Below, one piece after another: positions 11,807 to 26,500 of a DNA stretch of 64,000 nt. Positions within the stretch are counted from its first letter, which is position 1. Each line of letters begins with the position of its first letter. This stretch comes from Gordius albopunctatus (Eukaryota). Made by a program: the position numbers and the translations under genes. Location of the stretch: positions 3,286,001 through 3,350,000 of the forward strand of contig OZ193909.1 in the NCBI GenBank assembly GCA_964276515.1. Reading direction: 5' to 3'. The notes under the pieces were generated by a model that worked only from the letters and a program-made list of their open reading frames with translations, made no database searches and was not told the DNA's origin.

Positions 11807-13065
11807 TAATTGCTATGCAATTTATGGGCTCACTTTCCATTTGTTTATGTCACGCACCGAATGTCTTGTGTCACGCACCGAATGTCACGTTGTTTATTTT
11901 TTGTTCGTATTAATTTAATTAGTTTGTGGGTTCGAATCTGCCAAATTTTATTTTTATTTTTTTGTTAAATTAATATATTGTTCTTGTTACTACCATTGGT
12001 AATATGACTTTTTGGCCGTCCGCTGGCTGCTTACCAATGAAAAAAATGACCATTGGCCAAATTGCGAAACAAATTTTTTTTCCGTTTTTTTTAAATTAAT
12101 ACATTGTTCTTGTTAATACCATTGATATTATGGCTTTTTGGCCGTCCGCTAGCTGCTGACCAATGAAAAAAATGACCATTGGCCAAATTGTGATCGAATT
12201 TTTTTGTTTATTTTAATTCTTATGATTGTTCTTGTTACTACCATCGCTAATATTACTTTTTGGCCGTCCGCTGGCTGCTGACCAATGGAAAAAGTGACCA
12301 TTGGCCAAATTGTAAGTCTAAATTTTTTTTTCGTTTTTTTTTGAATTTATGTATTTATATCCACTTTTACCGTGTCCTGGCTGCTGACCAAAAGAAAAAA
12401 TGACCATTGGCCAAAATGTGAATCGAAATTTTTTCCCGTTTTTTTACTCTTATGCATTAATAGACCGTCTCTTGGTACTGACCAATGGAACAATTTAGCA
12501 TCTGTAAATTTTTTGAGATATACTTACGATATCTGTGACATTTTTAGATGCGCGGTCATAACAGGCAATAGCGGAGCTACTGCATGTCGCTGCTCGTTTC
12601 GTCGCAAGTCCTTCAATTAATTATATGTTATTATTATTATTAATTTAAATGTTATTAATTTTTTGCCTATTATTTTATTTGCAACTTTTTATTTTTCTTA
12701 TTAAGTTTTATTATTAATTGCTATGTTTGGGTTTCGAAATTTTTAATTGTTAAGTTTTTCTATGAAATTTATATTATATGATTCATTTTGCTATGTATTT
12801 TATAGGGTTTATGCTACTTTCTTTGACGCTATTAGTACAGGGTTAAACTAGGTAATAGGTAAAACTTTATAGCTATAGATTGAGTCAAGTCGGACATGTA
12901 ATTTAGCTTTTGCCAATAACATTCGAACATAAATTGCATAGCAAATATGCTTTGTTTATAAGTAGTATAAAAGAGTAATAGATGTGTATGAGAATTTTAA
13001 GCGTACATATGTAAAACAGGGACTGTCCTTTGCTAAACAGGGGACTGGGGGCGGAGCCCCCAGTT
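11807..13065 (+). mobile_element. Helentron/DINE-like element, complete copy (second 5'-end subfamily)
   Basis: 5' end TAATTGCTATGCAATTTATGGGCTCAC, same central modular array (~11950-12490), inverted subTIR CATAAATTGCATAGCAA at ~12928-12944, and 3' hairpin ACTGGGGGC-GGA-GCCCCCAGT (13044-13064). Confidence 0.8.
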
Positions 13066-13528
13066 ACGCTATATCTCTAATGATATAATAGAAGCTAATA
13101 ATTTAAAAAGGAAAAATTAGTTTTCTTACCTGTCACTTAAGGACCATGCCTTATGATTTTCTTATAATACAAACGATCATTCTCCAATTTGAATGATTTG
13201 GCTTTTTGCCTAAGATAAAAGCGATTATTTTTGTCAAAACTTTCTGGAATGTATCCGCTTTTCAAATATTCAATTATAGTTTGGAAATCGTATTTGGGCA
13301 TTTAATATGGTAGAAAAAATTTAATCTGCAAAAATATTAATAAAGTTTTCTTGGGAGATTTAAAGTTTAATTTAAAAAGAAATTATTTAATAGTTTAAGA
13401 GAGGAGCTGGATATGTAGAGAACAATACAAATTTTAGTATGCAAAAAATTAATAATATGCTTTTTTGGGTAGTTAAAGTTTAGTATAAAGGAGGAATAAT
13501 TTATTGCCTACTTAAGAACAATGTCTTA

Positions 13529-13970
13529 CCCCGAGTTCGTGATGACGCGCGAAAGCGAAAAAAAGCGAAATGAATTTTTGGGCTAATTTATCAAACTTTT
13601 CATTCTTTTTTTAATACCTTTATATTATATTCATGGTGAATTTTATCATATATATCACGAAAATAACAATTGTAAGATGGAGGCTTCCATAGTTAAACCG
13701 CAGACGATTATTTTCGCCTGCGGCAAAAAGCGAACGAAAATAATTTTCGCACAATGGTTAAAAAATTGAATTTGGTATGTATGTATTTTTTATAAAATTG
13801 TATATGTTTATATAATGATTATGATATTATCAATGAATACCATTGATATATGATAAATTTCACGGTGAATATAAAGATATTAATAAAATCAAAAAAATGA
13901 AAAGTTTGATAAATTAGCCTAAAAATTCACTTCGCTTTTTTTCGCTTCGCGCGTCATCACGAACGCGGGG
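13529..13970. mobile_element. MITE with long TIRs flanked by TTA
   Basis: CCCCGAGTTCGTGATGACGCGCG… / …CGCGCGTCATCACGAACGCGGGG with roughly 130 bp of imperfect inverted repeat. TTA on both sides; superfamily not assigned. Confidence 0.85.
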
Positions 13971-14734
13971 TTAGCAGTAACACGATGAACGCTGGGTGTT
14001 AACACAAGCTAAAATTCTCCCAAGAAATCTCATTAATCACGCCTCTGCCCAATCCCATTGGAGGGAGAGAGCGTGAAAAAGCCATTAATCATCCCTTTAC
14101 CCAATCAAAAGGGGTGTTTGGAAAAACTACGCTGGTTGCTGACACCCTACATATTATGAAAATGATTGGTTCGGCTTGACCCTTTAAGGGAGTGGCGTTT
14201 AGAGTGGTTTTTTTCTCTCAGTCTCCATCGTGGAATTAGGGAACCATTCCACTTGAGCAAAAAATCCTTCCTTCAGCTTTCACTTCTTCAAAAAGAGAAA
14301 ATAATTTCTCACTTTAAATGACCTTTCGATTTAAAAAAAATATCTTTCTTCTGCAACAATTCAAATAATATTTTGTAATAATATATTTTTTGAGTTTTCC
14401 TTTTGATTTTAAATTTTTTTTGAGGGAACGCTTAATACAATTTTATTTTAAAGTAGCATATTACAAATCAAATTTATTTTTTAAATCCTGAGGGACTCCG
14501 GGAATAACGCCTTTCTGAAAAAATGATATTTAATATAACTTATAAAAAATAGGTATTAAATTTTATATTTTACAGCTGTTTAGGCGAAAAAATGCAAACA
14601 TAGTTGCAGTAACATATGTTTAATTTACAATGGACGTAGAGAGGGTGAGGGAGATAGTTTAAATTACGTTTTATGCTTGCCATTTTAATATAAAGTCATT
14701 TATTAAACTATTTACGTTTGATTAATAAAACTTA

Positions 14735-16795
14735 TAGAGACTAGAGTGAACTAGTTCACTTTTTTCTAAACTTGAACTGAACTAGTTACCCTTTTTAAAA
14801 ATTTAACTATGAACTTGTGGTACTCTCGCTTTTCTAAAGGGTTATTTTATGCGCGCAGTTATCGCGTTGGTATTATGTGCGTCTAAGCGCGGCGATCCTT
14901 TTACTCAAAATATGGTAATGGCCATCAAAAGAATCGAAAGACAGAAATACGTCTGGTTAGCCATCATTATGGTGGATTATTGCTATTGTGAATTATGGTT
15001 GTTGTGGAAAAGATGTGGTGGATATATAAAGACGCCATGACAGATGAGTAATTGTCTGTTCTATTATTCAATATTCACATATATTACTGTAAGCAACCAA
15101 GAATAGTTGTAATAATAAACGTTGAATAAAGTAGTTCATTAGGTGATAAATAGTTTCATCTTTCGATAGAACTTGAACTAGATAGTTTTTTAAAAGTTGA
15201 GTTATGAGCTTGAACTAGTTCTTTTTTAAATATTCTGAATTTGAGCTTGAACTTTACAATATAAATGAACTAGTTCATCACAAAAATTATTATTTAAAAT
15301 GATTTTATAAGCCGAGTTTGATTGTTTTTAGTGTTTCGATCTCGTCTAGGTCTCTAAAGCAAAATCTCGTCTCGGGTGCGATTATTAGTGCTCGTCTCAG
15401 TCTAAAAAATCTCGTCTCGACGAGATTTCTCGACTTAAAATTTAATTTTTTTATACTAAATAGATATTTCTCATAATGTTATAAAATTATTAAATAAGTG
15501 ATAAAAATATTAAAAACGGCAATCTCTTTTATTTTTAAAAACTTTAATACACAAACTTGATAAAAATTTAGTACGACATGTCATTGACATTATAAATATA
15601 TGAACCACTTATTAAATTAACATAGAAAGTGCAAAATGAAAATAAAACTATAATTAAGCTAAAGTGTAGAAATAATTTTTTCCAGTTTTTCCGAATTATA
15701 ACATTTGTATCAAATTCACCGTGTCAAATATAAATACACATAGAAATTTATAAGTTAACCTATGTTTGACTTAGATATAATTTTGGCTATTTGAGACACT
15801 TTTTAAACACTGGGTTTACAGAGTAAACCCTTTGTTCCATTGATATTACCATCATCAATTATAGCCCATAGAACTTATTGCTTGTTTACCATAAGGTTAT
15901 AAAGAACAAACTAGTGTATACTTTTAATACTAAAATTTATTAAATTAATAAACTGCATAAGTTGGAACGTTGTAAAACAATAATAGTAGCGTTAGTGGGA
16001 TAAGAACATGAGGTTTATTATTTTGTTATTAATTGCACATAAATTATTTGATAATAAAAATCATTATAATCAAAAGTAAACTATGATATAAAGTTTAAGG
16101 TGCCATTATCCAAAAAATTGCTTCCCATATATAACTAACTTTGCCGTTGAATGTTTATTTTCTAATCGTGTATTTGATTTGCAGAATTCCCATATAGAAA
16201 TGTTTTTGAATGCACTTGCCAACCCTAATTTATAAGTTCTTCTTTATTGAATGATAATTTCAAAAATAATATTTTATTTAAGTCCAATTCCCTCTACTTC
16301 CCCTTGATTTCTAATATCAATTGTAATTATAGATATTATGTTGTTAGAAATGAAAAATAAAAGTTTTACACAGAATTGTTTTTCAAAATCATATAGGTGA
16401 TTTAGTTTTCTATAAAAAGAGCCTGTTGGCATATGAAAAATGTCTATTAAATTTTTTATAATAGACTATTTCCAATTTAAATTCAACAATAATAAGTTTA
16501 AATAATTAAACTCATTTATCAATTAAAATTTGATTCATACAATTTTAAAATTGCGGATTGTACTTAGATTTAAAAAACTGATTTCCGATCAGATAAAACG
16601 TTTTTTAAAAACTCTTGGGATCGGATTAAAATTCGTAATATTAAAAAAAAGAGCTGAACTTTAAATAGTTCTTTTTTTCCAAAATGAACTTGAACTAGTT
16701 ACTTTTAAAAAATATTAATTTGAACTAATTTTTTTTCCAAACGGAACTATGAACTTGAACTAGTTCATATTTAACATGAACTTTAACAGTTCTAC
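14735..16795. mobile_element. Non-autonomous hAT-like element with GAACTAGTT subterminal repeats and a nested TCTCG-repeat hAT end (~15329-15900)
   Basis: Clusters of (T)GAACTAGTT at 14745-14820, 15170-15280 and 16650-16790. The sequence from 15329 is the reverse complement of the right end of element 57693-59020. Boundaries are approximate. Confidence 0.55.
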
Positions 16796-17977
16796 TTTTA
16801 AATTAGAGTTATTATCATTATTTGATTCGAAGTAACCAGCCGTCGTAAATCGGGACCTTTCGTCAAACCTTTGTAATAAAAATTAAGTTCATACCCAGAC
16901 CCATATAGAATTTATTACAGGTCCGATCCCCACGCGCTAATTTTTTGCTAAGCAAGGGCCCAGCCTAAAACCTTTCCAAAAATACTTTTTTTTATGTTTT
17001 TAAATGCATAGTGTTTGTCGTTATTAAAAAAGTTATTTGATTATATGTCAGGATCAAAAATCACAGTGTCAAACAGGATTTTATTTCTTCCAACACACCT
17101 GCCGTTGCATTTTCACTAAAAGCACTTGTAGCTACATAAAAATATTTACCCTCAAATATAATTAGAAACTTTATACATTTTATTCAACAAAAATTGCTTA
17201 ATTTTGTTAATTCTCAGCTTTATTCTATTTAAAATCATAAGTTCTATGATGAGTAAACGTTATTATTGGTTAAATCGTCATTGAAAAAATTAATTTTAGA
17301 TAAACGCCATAAAAAACACACCATTTCTTATAAATTAACATACAACAATATAAATTAAATAACACAGGTCTACAGGAAAAAAGATCCCGCAATCTGACAA
17401 ATATTTATGATAAATTTTATGCTGGCCAAATTTTTTGCCCAAACGTCGATTTTGTGATAAATGAGGCCAGGGGTGCAAAAAATGGCTTTTTAAACGTTTT
17501 TTTTAATATTCCCACGCTATTTTAAAACATTAAATAATATTTATATATTACTATAGACCAATTATTGATATATAGGATAAAATTTTTGTTTTGTGTTACT
17601 ATAACTATTAGTTATCTCCACGTTTATATGAGCTCCTCCCACATTAAAATTCCTTTCGGGAAAACAGAGTACATTCGAGTACCTACTACATACGCGATGT
17701 TTACTAGCACATCGCTCTCTCCCTTTCTCCTTCTCTTTAAATCCCGCCTCCATATCTAGCTAAGCACAAAATAAAGGGGCGGGAGTGATGGAGACGGAGA
17801 GAGATTAAGCGAAAAGAGATAGTGGTGTGATTCCGGTACATAAGATAAAGTTGCAAAAGATAAAGTTAACGCATGTATCAAGCATGACATTAAAAAAGCA
17901 TGTGATTCTTACTACAATAATACTAAATTTAAATATATTAAAATGTTTGTATTTATTTACAATACATTGCTATAATA

Positions 17978-18282
17978 GGTAAATAATACCTAAAATTTGT
18001 TATGCAATATTACTTTAAAAGAAAATACGCTATGTATTATATAATATGACTAAGTACAAATATAAATATCTTTATAAGCAATAAATATGCATAACGTTAG
18101 ATCATGTCAACATTACAGTATTAGTCATGCTATATTAAGTAAATAATAACTAAAATTTGTTATGCTATATTATTTTAAGAGAAAATACGTTATGTATTAT
18201 ATGATAAGACTAAGTACGACTATCTTTATAAGCCATAAATATGTATAACGTTAGATCATGTCAACATTAAAGTATTAGTCAA
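17978..18282. repeat. ~160-bp tandem duplication (2 copies)
   Basis: AAATAATA(C/A)CTAAAATTTGTTATGC…TAACGTTAGATCATGTCAACATTA is repeated at ~17981 and ~18141. Confidence 0.85.
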
Positions 18283-18739
18283 TACTGTAATGTATTGGAT
18301 GGTGCAACAACTATGTGTAACGTAGAATGAGATATTTATTAACAGAATGTAGTTGCAAATTATATATGATTGGCATAAATTTAAATTATAAGCATAATTG
18401 TATTCATATATTATTTATTAAGATTAGTATTATATAATCATAAAATGATAATACATAGTGTAACTTAAATATTTATGTGTTATAAACAAACGAATTTTAT
18501 TAAGAAATTTTAAATGAGTAATCTTGCCTAAGAAATTATTTCATAATGTAAACCTTGTAAAGTAATTAGTACATAAACCTAATATAATTCTTGGTAAAAG
18601 CACACTTTTTCCTTTTTGAGCAAAGGTTTCTAAAGTTTTATCCCTAATTGTAATTAGATTGCTTCATTATGAAAAATCTTTTAAATCCATTTGCTAAATC
18701 TATAATGAATTAAGTAGTTGATACAAAATAGAAATATGT

Positions 18740-20300
18740 TATAAGGAGAAATAAACAAACATTTTTAATGATTAATTGTAGATATATACTTGTCTGTGCT
18801 GATTCTACCTTCCTTGAATTTTACAGTGTCTGTATCATTTATAATAGTCTATATAAGTAAAATTTATCTAAATTTTTCATTTTTGATATAACATTATAAT
18901 TTTTTAAAATTTGAAACCAAGTTAGTCTTAAACCATAGCGCCACATTAAAAAAGCATTTTATATAAAGTTAAGAGATTATTAAATCCTATAATTTTTAAA
19001 AAATTTTTTTACCACTCATTTTTGGCTTGACATAATGAATTTAAAATTTCTTTTATAGGCTACTTGTAAAGAAATCTTGCTATATATATAAACACTTATC
19101 AAAAAATTTACTTATATGTGGAATGTTTAGATGCTCCTTTGAAACATAATACATGTTTCCCTCAACAATTGCTCTGCCTGAGGAACGATAATTACGTCAT
19201 TTCAAGTATATTTGACCATATTTCCCTTCCTTATATTTGGTGTAGTAGTAATTGGCATGAAAATATATAAGCTTCCTTCTTTGCGTCAACATATACACGC
19301 AGATTTAAATTGACAAATTTGAAATGGTGACAAATGGTGAAGGTTTGGTGGCAATTGGTGAAGTTATTATTTTTAAACTTTACCTTTTGAATTGAAACGG
19401 TTTTATTAGACATCGCATACTTGGTATGTACTCTAATGCACTACGTTTTCTCAAATGCCCCAAAAAATTCTCAAATAATCTGCAATCTTTTAAAAAATAT
19501 TGCAGCAATATAATCCTTTTAAATAGACCCTCATAGATGCAAAATAAATTTAGGTTGAACTAACTAACAAAATGGTAATAAATATTAAGATGTATTTACA
19601 TAATCCAATGCTCGTTGCATGTGCGTACCCAGGTTTTGAATTAGGGGGGGGGGAGGCAAATTATAAAAAAAATAAGTTTGACTATTAAAAAAATTTTCTG
19701 CGACAAAAAAATTAGAAGTTTCAATATATCCAAAAATTTTCCTGAGAGCAAAAAAAAAGGAACTCCCCTAATTAGGCAGGAGGGACAGCCGCTTTTCCTG
19801 CTATAAAATATATTTTGTGAGGGGATGAGGGGTGCAAAAAGAAGGGACGAGAATCATCAATAGAGAAGGATGCTCCAAGGTTTCCTGCCAATCTTTTATT
19901 AGTAGAAAGCCCATTACATACTAAGGCCTTCACAATGGCTCCAGTTGGTTGAATGTAATATAATGCCTCAGACAATATATTCAGTAAAAGTTCAGAGGTT
20001 ACACCAGGTTTTCCAAGAACCATTAATCACTGTTGCCATCAAAAAAAGAGCACCAGAAGCATATGGAATTAGATTAGAGTCAGTCATATGATGCCCTAAA
20101 TCAATATAACTATTATACAATAAGGTTTCAAATATATAGCGGATTACCCATGATATTGATTACCATACCAATGGATATTTTTACCTATAGCCATTTCATC
20201 TATAAAAATAGCTACATAAAGACTATAATTAGCCTTATCTTGAATATCTTTTATTTTAGGGAACATTTCAAAAAGCCTAAAACATTAGATTTAAGATATA
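18740..20300 (-). mobile_element. Degenerate P-element/THAP9-type transposase relic interrupted by a MITE (~19618-19800)
   Basis: ORF 19772-20023 (IVKALVCNGLSTNK…PFFLHP) resembles the P-transposase V.CDG..N region. Further relics are IFIDEMAIGK-like (~20185-20215) and NNN…CQFKSA (~19295-19375). Ends not defined. Confidence 0.6.
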
Positions 20301-20564
20301 ACATTTATATAGAGGAGTTTATCTAGTAATCTATTACTTAATTATGAAATGAAAACCTTTTATCTTTACCTCTCCTGTTCGAACAAAACGGCACAGAGCA
20401 AAACGACATTATATGATATAGGACGGTAGTGGCTATCAAAATGGTGGCAAATTTCACACACAATTTGCCATATGGAACATACATACATACTATGTAGTCT
20501 ATGATTAGACATTATAAAATACGGATTTATACTGCAAGCGCAAGTTTGGCTTAGTTTAGGAAAA

Positions 20565-23500
20565 ATGGCAAATCGTGGTAAAGTGATTTATGGTGAATCT
20601 GGCCTCCTATACATCAAGAGCTATCTTGAGAGCATATCATTAGAACAAGACAAATACAGGGATATATTCTCACTTATAGAACGATCATTATCTCGATTAG
20701 TACTTTTATCTGCGCATTTATGTTCTAATTGCAGCCATAAATTTGGGCGAGTTTGGAAGGAGGTTCAAGATGATCTTGAAGATGCACACATACTATTTGT
20801 AAAAAGTCAAAATTTTTCTCAAAAACCTCCAACAATTTCTGAAATACGTGAAAATGATTTTCAATTAAAAACTAACTTTTTGTCAAATGGTGAAGAATAT
20901 CCTAATTTTTATAAATCTGATGTTAATCAATATAAAAATACTTCAAGGGATACTTACAATATTTTTGATGCTAAATTTGGTGAAAAAGACTTCAAAAAGA
21001 CACATTCTAATAATGTAAATGAAAATAATAGTACATCTTAAACCATAAGTAGTTAGCTAATTATTTTAACAAATTATGGAAACACATTGAGATATCATGT
21101 ATTTTCAATATTTTAATTTAGTAATATCTCTGTTGTAGTAGCACAGTCTTATAACACTATTAATTTATTTTTTAAGGGCTTCATATTCAAAAAGTTGTGT
21201 AATTTAAAAAAGGCTAATTGTATAATCATTTATTTTTTTATGTAACCTCATTCAAATTATTAAGGGACATTTGATTTAAATGATGTATTTTAGATTTCTT
21301 ACTATAAAATGTCATTTTACCTTTGTTTTGTGGTGAGATCTTAAAATTCTAATATATACAAACATGCCATGTAATGAATAATGCAATGTGGAAAATAAAA
21401 TATGTAGCTGCCATTAATTTATATTTATTGTTACGATGTTAAAAGGGTTCAGTCAGATCAGGAGTTTATAATGATGCACAATCACAGCGATCCATTTCTC
21501 CTTACCACAGAGCAGGCATATTGACTCCTGTGAAACAATCCCATAATAATGTAACACCTATCATTGACATTGAGTCAGCCTCTCTTCCTTCTTTCCAGGG
21601 CTCACCCACAATCAGAGCCATCTCCTATCCTGGTTCAAGTCATTCATCATCTCTTCTTTCACCCTATGGAAGTTTGGAAAATAACACTGAGTTGAAAAAT
21701 TATGAGGTAAATATCATGCTTAGTCATATTGACTCATATTTTATATTCTCACTTGAACTAGGTACATTTTTTTGTATGGAAATTGGAAAGAAATTAAGAT
21801 ACTTTAGGCGAGCAAATTAAATATGAAGCCCGAACCCGGCCCGGTTCAATTTTTTAACTTCATTGCCCGCCCGAACCTTCTAGGTGCCCGCCCGGGCCCG
21901 CCCGAAACATTAAAGTTGCCCGACCTGCCGACCCAAAATATTAAATTTGCCTGTTATGCCCGAAATTTTGCGATCTCAAATTGTTTCAACCACAATTGAA
22001 AAATAAGCATTAAATTAATGGCATATTTAATAGAACCAGTCCATGAAAATATTTATGTAGCAATTTTAATTAAGTTTAAAGTTTACATATTTAATAAATA
22101 ATATTACGATAAACAAAATTATAGTCCCCTTTTGAGTTAACCCGTTTGCCCTGCCCATAAATAAACTTCTTAATGAATAAAATTAGTTCAATTAGTCTAT
22201 CTCTGCTCTGTTAAAACTTACTTTTTTGATAAAAAGACAATAATTTATCAATAGAATTTAAATGCAATTTATGGATAGTTCTTTTAACTTAAAGCAAAAA
22301 AAGAAAGGTATAGAAATTTTTTATCATGAAAATAAGTAGCAACTTAGCGAAAGCGACGAATGATAAGGAAATAATAAACGTTAATTGGAGAAACTTTGTG
22401 ATGGCGACATCAAGTTTCTTAACTGTTTTAGCATTTTAATATGCAATAAAATAAAAAGTAACAAAATAATACACTATTTAAAAAATCTTATTAAGCCCGA
22501 ATTGCCCGAATCCTATCTTCGTGCCGCCCGCCCGGGCACACCCGAAAATAAAAATTTAGGACAGTTGCCCGGCCCGGCCCATCTGGTCTATGCTAGAAAC
22601 ACTGTGAGCTATTACAAAAAAAGTTTTTTTTTGATTTCTAAAATTGAAAGTCATAATTTAATCGTTTTTTGGTCGAATTTGTTTGTTTTTGCATGTCACT
22701 ATTTGCAAACCTATCACTCATTAAGACTCATCTTACCATTCAAAGCTTATATGCTTTTAATTTTTACACTTTCAGGCAACATGCATGAAAGGTCGCACGA
22801 GGTTTGTTTTAAATATTCGCTGTGGTAAACGCAATATATGAGCTGGTTCGATAATTTTAAGTTTCATATAGACTATAAAAAATTTGATTTTCACAATTTT
22901 ATTTAGAGTAAATTAGTATTGTATTCACAGGCGTGCTTTGCGCACCTATTTATGCGTGCCCTAAACTGTTCCCAAAATGACTTAAACTAAGACCAAGGCC
23001 CTAACCATGCTCAATATTTTAATCCATTCAAAATTTTCAATAGTCTGGCTCGGCACTTTGTTCCTCATTTTTTAGTTTGTTTTATTGTTAAAAGGGTTTG
23101 TCGGAATTTCAGAAGTCATCACGTATATGATTGTTTGTTTCGTAAGTTCTTAATCAGGTTTACATAACTTGGTGGCCGTTGCAGAAATTTTATAGGTCTA
23201 ATTAAAACGAATAATCTATTATCTTATCACCAAATTAAAAACCATGCGATATTAGCAGCAACCCAGCCTTTAGACTTTCCAACAAATTTTAGCTTGGCAG
23301 GTGACTTTTAAAATAATCAAGTTTTAGATATGTAAAGTTTTAAACAGGGGTTTGTCCCGAACCGGGTAAAACCCGATGAATATAAAAAAGGGTTCGAGTT
23401 TTTAATTCGAAAAGATATCGTGAATTGAATATATCTCAGTTTTCTCTATCATGACAATGTAACGAAAACCATACGATTTTAATTTCAATATTTTTATGTT

Positions 23501-26500
23501 TCCGGCATTTTTCATTCATTAATCAATACTAATTATCTCAAGAATTATTTGTAAGTACTAATTGCTATGCAATATGGGCTCGTTTTTTGTTGTCCGTCCG
23601 TTACCCTCCAATTTATTTACACCAGCTTCCCGACCTGGAGGTTCGTGTTCAATCCCGGGAAAGGACAAAATTTTTTTAAATTTTTTAAATTAAATTTATA
23701 TTTTGTTCTTGTTAATACCATTGATAATATGACTTTTTGACCGTCCGCTGGCTACTGACCAATGAAAAAATGACCATTGGCCAAATAAATCGAAATTTTT
23801 TTTTCGTTATTGAATTGGGTAATAACATTGATAATCACCCTATGCCCTCCACTACAAGGGCATATGCCTCTACTGATATGGGTCCCTGTGCCCCTACAAA
23901 AGCCTATGCCTCTATTAATGTGGGTTCGAATCCCGGCGAACGTTCTGAATTGCTGGTTCGAATCCCGGAGAGGCAAAATTTTTTTTAAATTAAATTAATA
24001 TATTGTTCTTGTTAATACCATTGATAATATGACTTTCTGACCGTGTTCTGGCTACTGACCAATGAAAAAAATGACCATTGACCAAATAAATCGATTTTTT
24101 TTGCTTTTGAATTGGTTAACATTGATAATTACCCTATGCCCTCCCTACAAGGGCCTATGCCTCTACTGATATGGGTCCCTGTGCCCATACAAAAGCCTAT
24201 GCCTCTAATGATGTGGGTTCGAATCCCGGAGAGGCAAAATTTTTATTTTTTTTAAATTAATTGTTTGTACCATTGATAATATGACTTTCTGACCGTGTTC
24301 TGGCTACTGACCAATGAAAAAAAGGACCATTGGCCAAAATGTGATTCGAAATTTTTTTTTCGTTTTTGAATTGGTTAACATTGATAATGACCCTGTGCCC
24401 TCCCCTAAAAGGGCCTATTGGTCAGTAGCCAGCGGACGGCCAAAAAGTCCTAATAGCAATGGTAGTAACAGGAACAAAATATTAATTTAATTAAAAAAAA
24501 TTTTTTTTGTCCTCTCTGGGATTCGAACTCGTTGCCTCCTGTTTACAAGTCGTTCGCTATAACCACTCACACCCTGCTGGTATTTAAATAATGAAAATAA
24601 TTTTTTGAATGGTAGAAGTTTTTGTTATTTATATAGATAATGAAATAATAAAGTTGTGTTTTATGTTTATTATATAATAGAATGAAACAATAATAGAAAA
24701 TCAATATATTATAGATAATTTAACAAATATAAATTATTATGAAAAAAATAAGGGCCCGCAAAAAAATTATAAAATATTTGGGGGCTCTCTATTCCGATCG
24801 GGCTTCGGGCGCCGTGCAGGGCTTTAAGAACATGACACATTTTTGGATTTTATATCAATAATTTTGAAAACAGTGATCAAATTGGGCCTAGCCAAGATTT
24901 TGAATAGGAGAGAGGCAATACTAACACATCTCTCTCTCCCTTTCTCCATCTCCTCCACTCCCGCCCCCTAATACAATAATGACGTATTGATTTTACAGGG
25001 GGTGGGGGAGGGGAGAGAGGTTATTAATTACTAATAAATAAGATATGCAAAATATCGTGCAACCTCCTCCCTCCCACCCACCCATCCCTCTAGGCAAGGA
25101 TACATTACCCGTGCGTGGAAAACTATTGATTTTATAGGGAGGCTGGGAGGGGAGATGTTAATTTATTGATTTTGGAACTCATTGATTAGGCCTTTAATAA
25201 GGAAATTAATGTTTGAGCGGGGAAGAAAATTGAATATCTTGTAGATAAACAATTACTACAAGTTTTATTTAAAATCCCGGATATTATAATGCAAAATATA
25301 AAAACGAGGTTATTAAAAAAATTTATTTGACTTTTTAAATATTTTAATATATTATATAATAAAATGAAACAATAATAGAAAATCAATATTTTTATTGTGA
25401 AATTTTATGTGATAATTTAAAGGGCAACGATTTAAGAAATTATGTTGTGTTGTTACTTAAGTAAGCATCCAAATTTTACCCGTAGGTTCCCAGGGCGGCC
25501 AGGGGTAAAATTTACCCCCTTGCCTGGGAATATCTAGGAGAGGTAGGGGGGCAGTTGCCCACTAATTTTAAAAAATCAGTATTTTATAATGATTTTGCGA
25601 GGAGCATTTTAAAATTTTAGCCTTCACTTAAAAATAATATGGCCAATGGTCATTTTTTTCATTGGTCAGTACCAAGAGACGGTCTATAAATACATACGAG
25701 TCAAAAAAAAACGAAAAAAATTTTGATCCACACTTTGGCCAATAGTCATTTTTTTCATTGGTCAGCAGCCAGCGGACGGCCAAAAAGCCATATTATCAAT
25801 GGTATTAACAAAAACAATATATTAATTTAATTAAAAAAAAATAAAAATTTTGTCCTCTCCGGGATTCGAACCAACATCAGTAGAGGATAGGCTTTTTTAG
25901 GGGCACAGGGACCCATATCAGTAGAGGCATAGGCCCTTGTAGAGGAGGGTATAGGGTAATTATCAATGTTAACCAATTCAAAAACGAAAAAAAAATTCGA
26001 TTCACATTTTGGCCAATGGTCATTTTTTCCATCGTTCAGCAGCCAGCGGACGCCCAAAAAGTCATAATAGCAATGGTAGTAACAGGAACAATCATAATAG
26101 TCAAAAAAAACGAAAAAAATTGCGATTCACATTTTGGCCAATAGTCATTTTTTTATCGGTCAGCATCCACCGGACGGCCAAAAAGTCATAATAGCAATGG
26201 TAGTAACAGGAACAATCATAATAGTCAAAAAAACGAAAAAAAACTTGGATTCACATTTTGACCAATGGTCATTTTTTCATCAGTCAGCATCCAACGGACG
26301 CCCAAAAAGTCTTATTATCAATGGTAGTAACAAGAACAATCATAAGAGTCAAAAAAAAACCCCGGGATTCGAAGCCAAAAACTAGTTAAATTAATAATAG
26401 CAATTAATAATAAAAGTAAACACGACGGAAAAAAACGAAAAGCGTGACAAGACATTCGGTGCAAGACATTTGGTAAATAACAAGACATTCGGAAAATGGA

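Noticed and set aside
20565..20830. INCENP N-terminal-like identity for the orphan protein (W.E.. helix)
   Set aside because: The similarity covers only a few residues, and no C-terminal IN-box or long coiled coil is visible.
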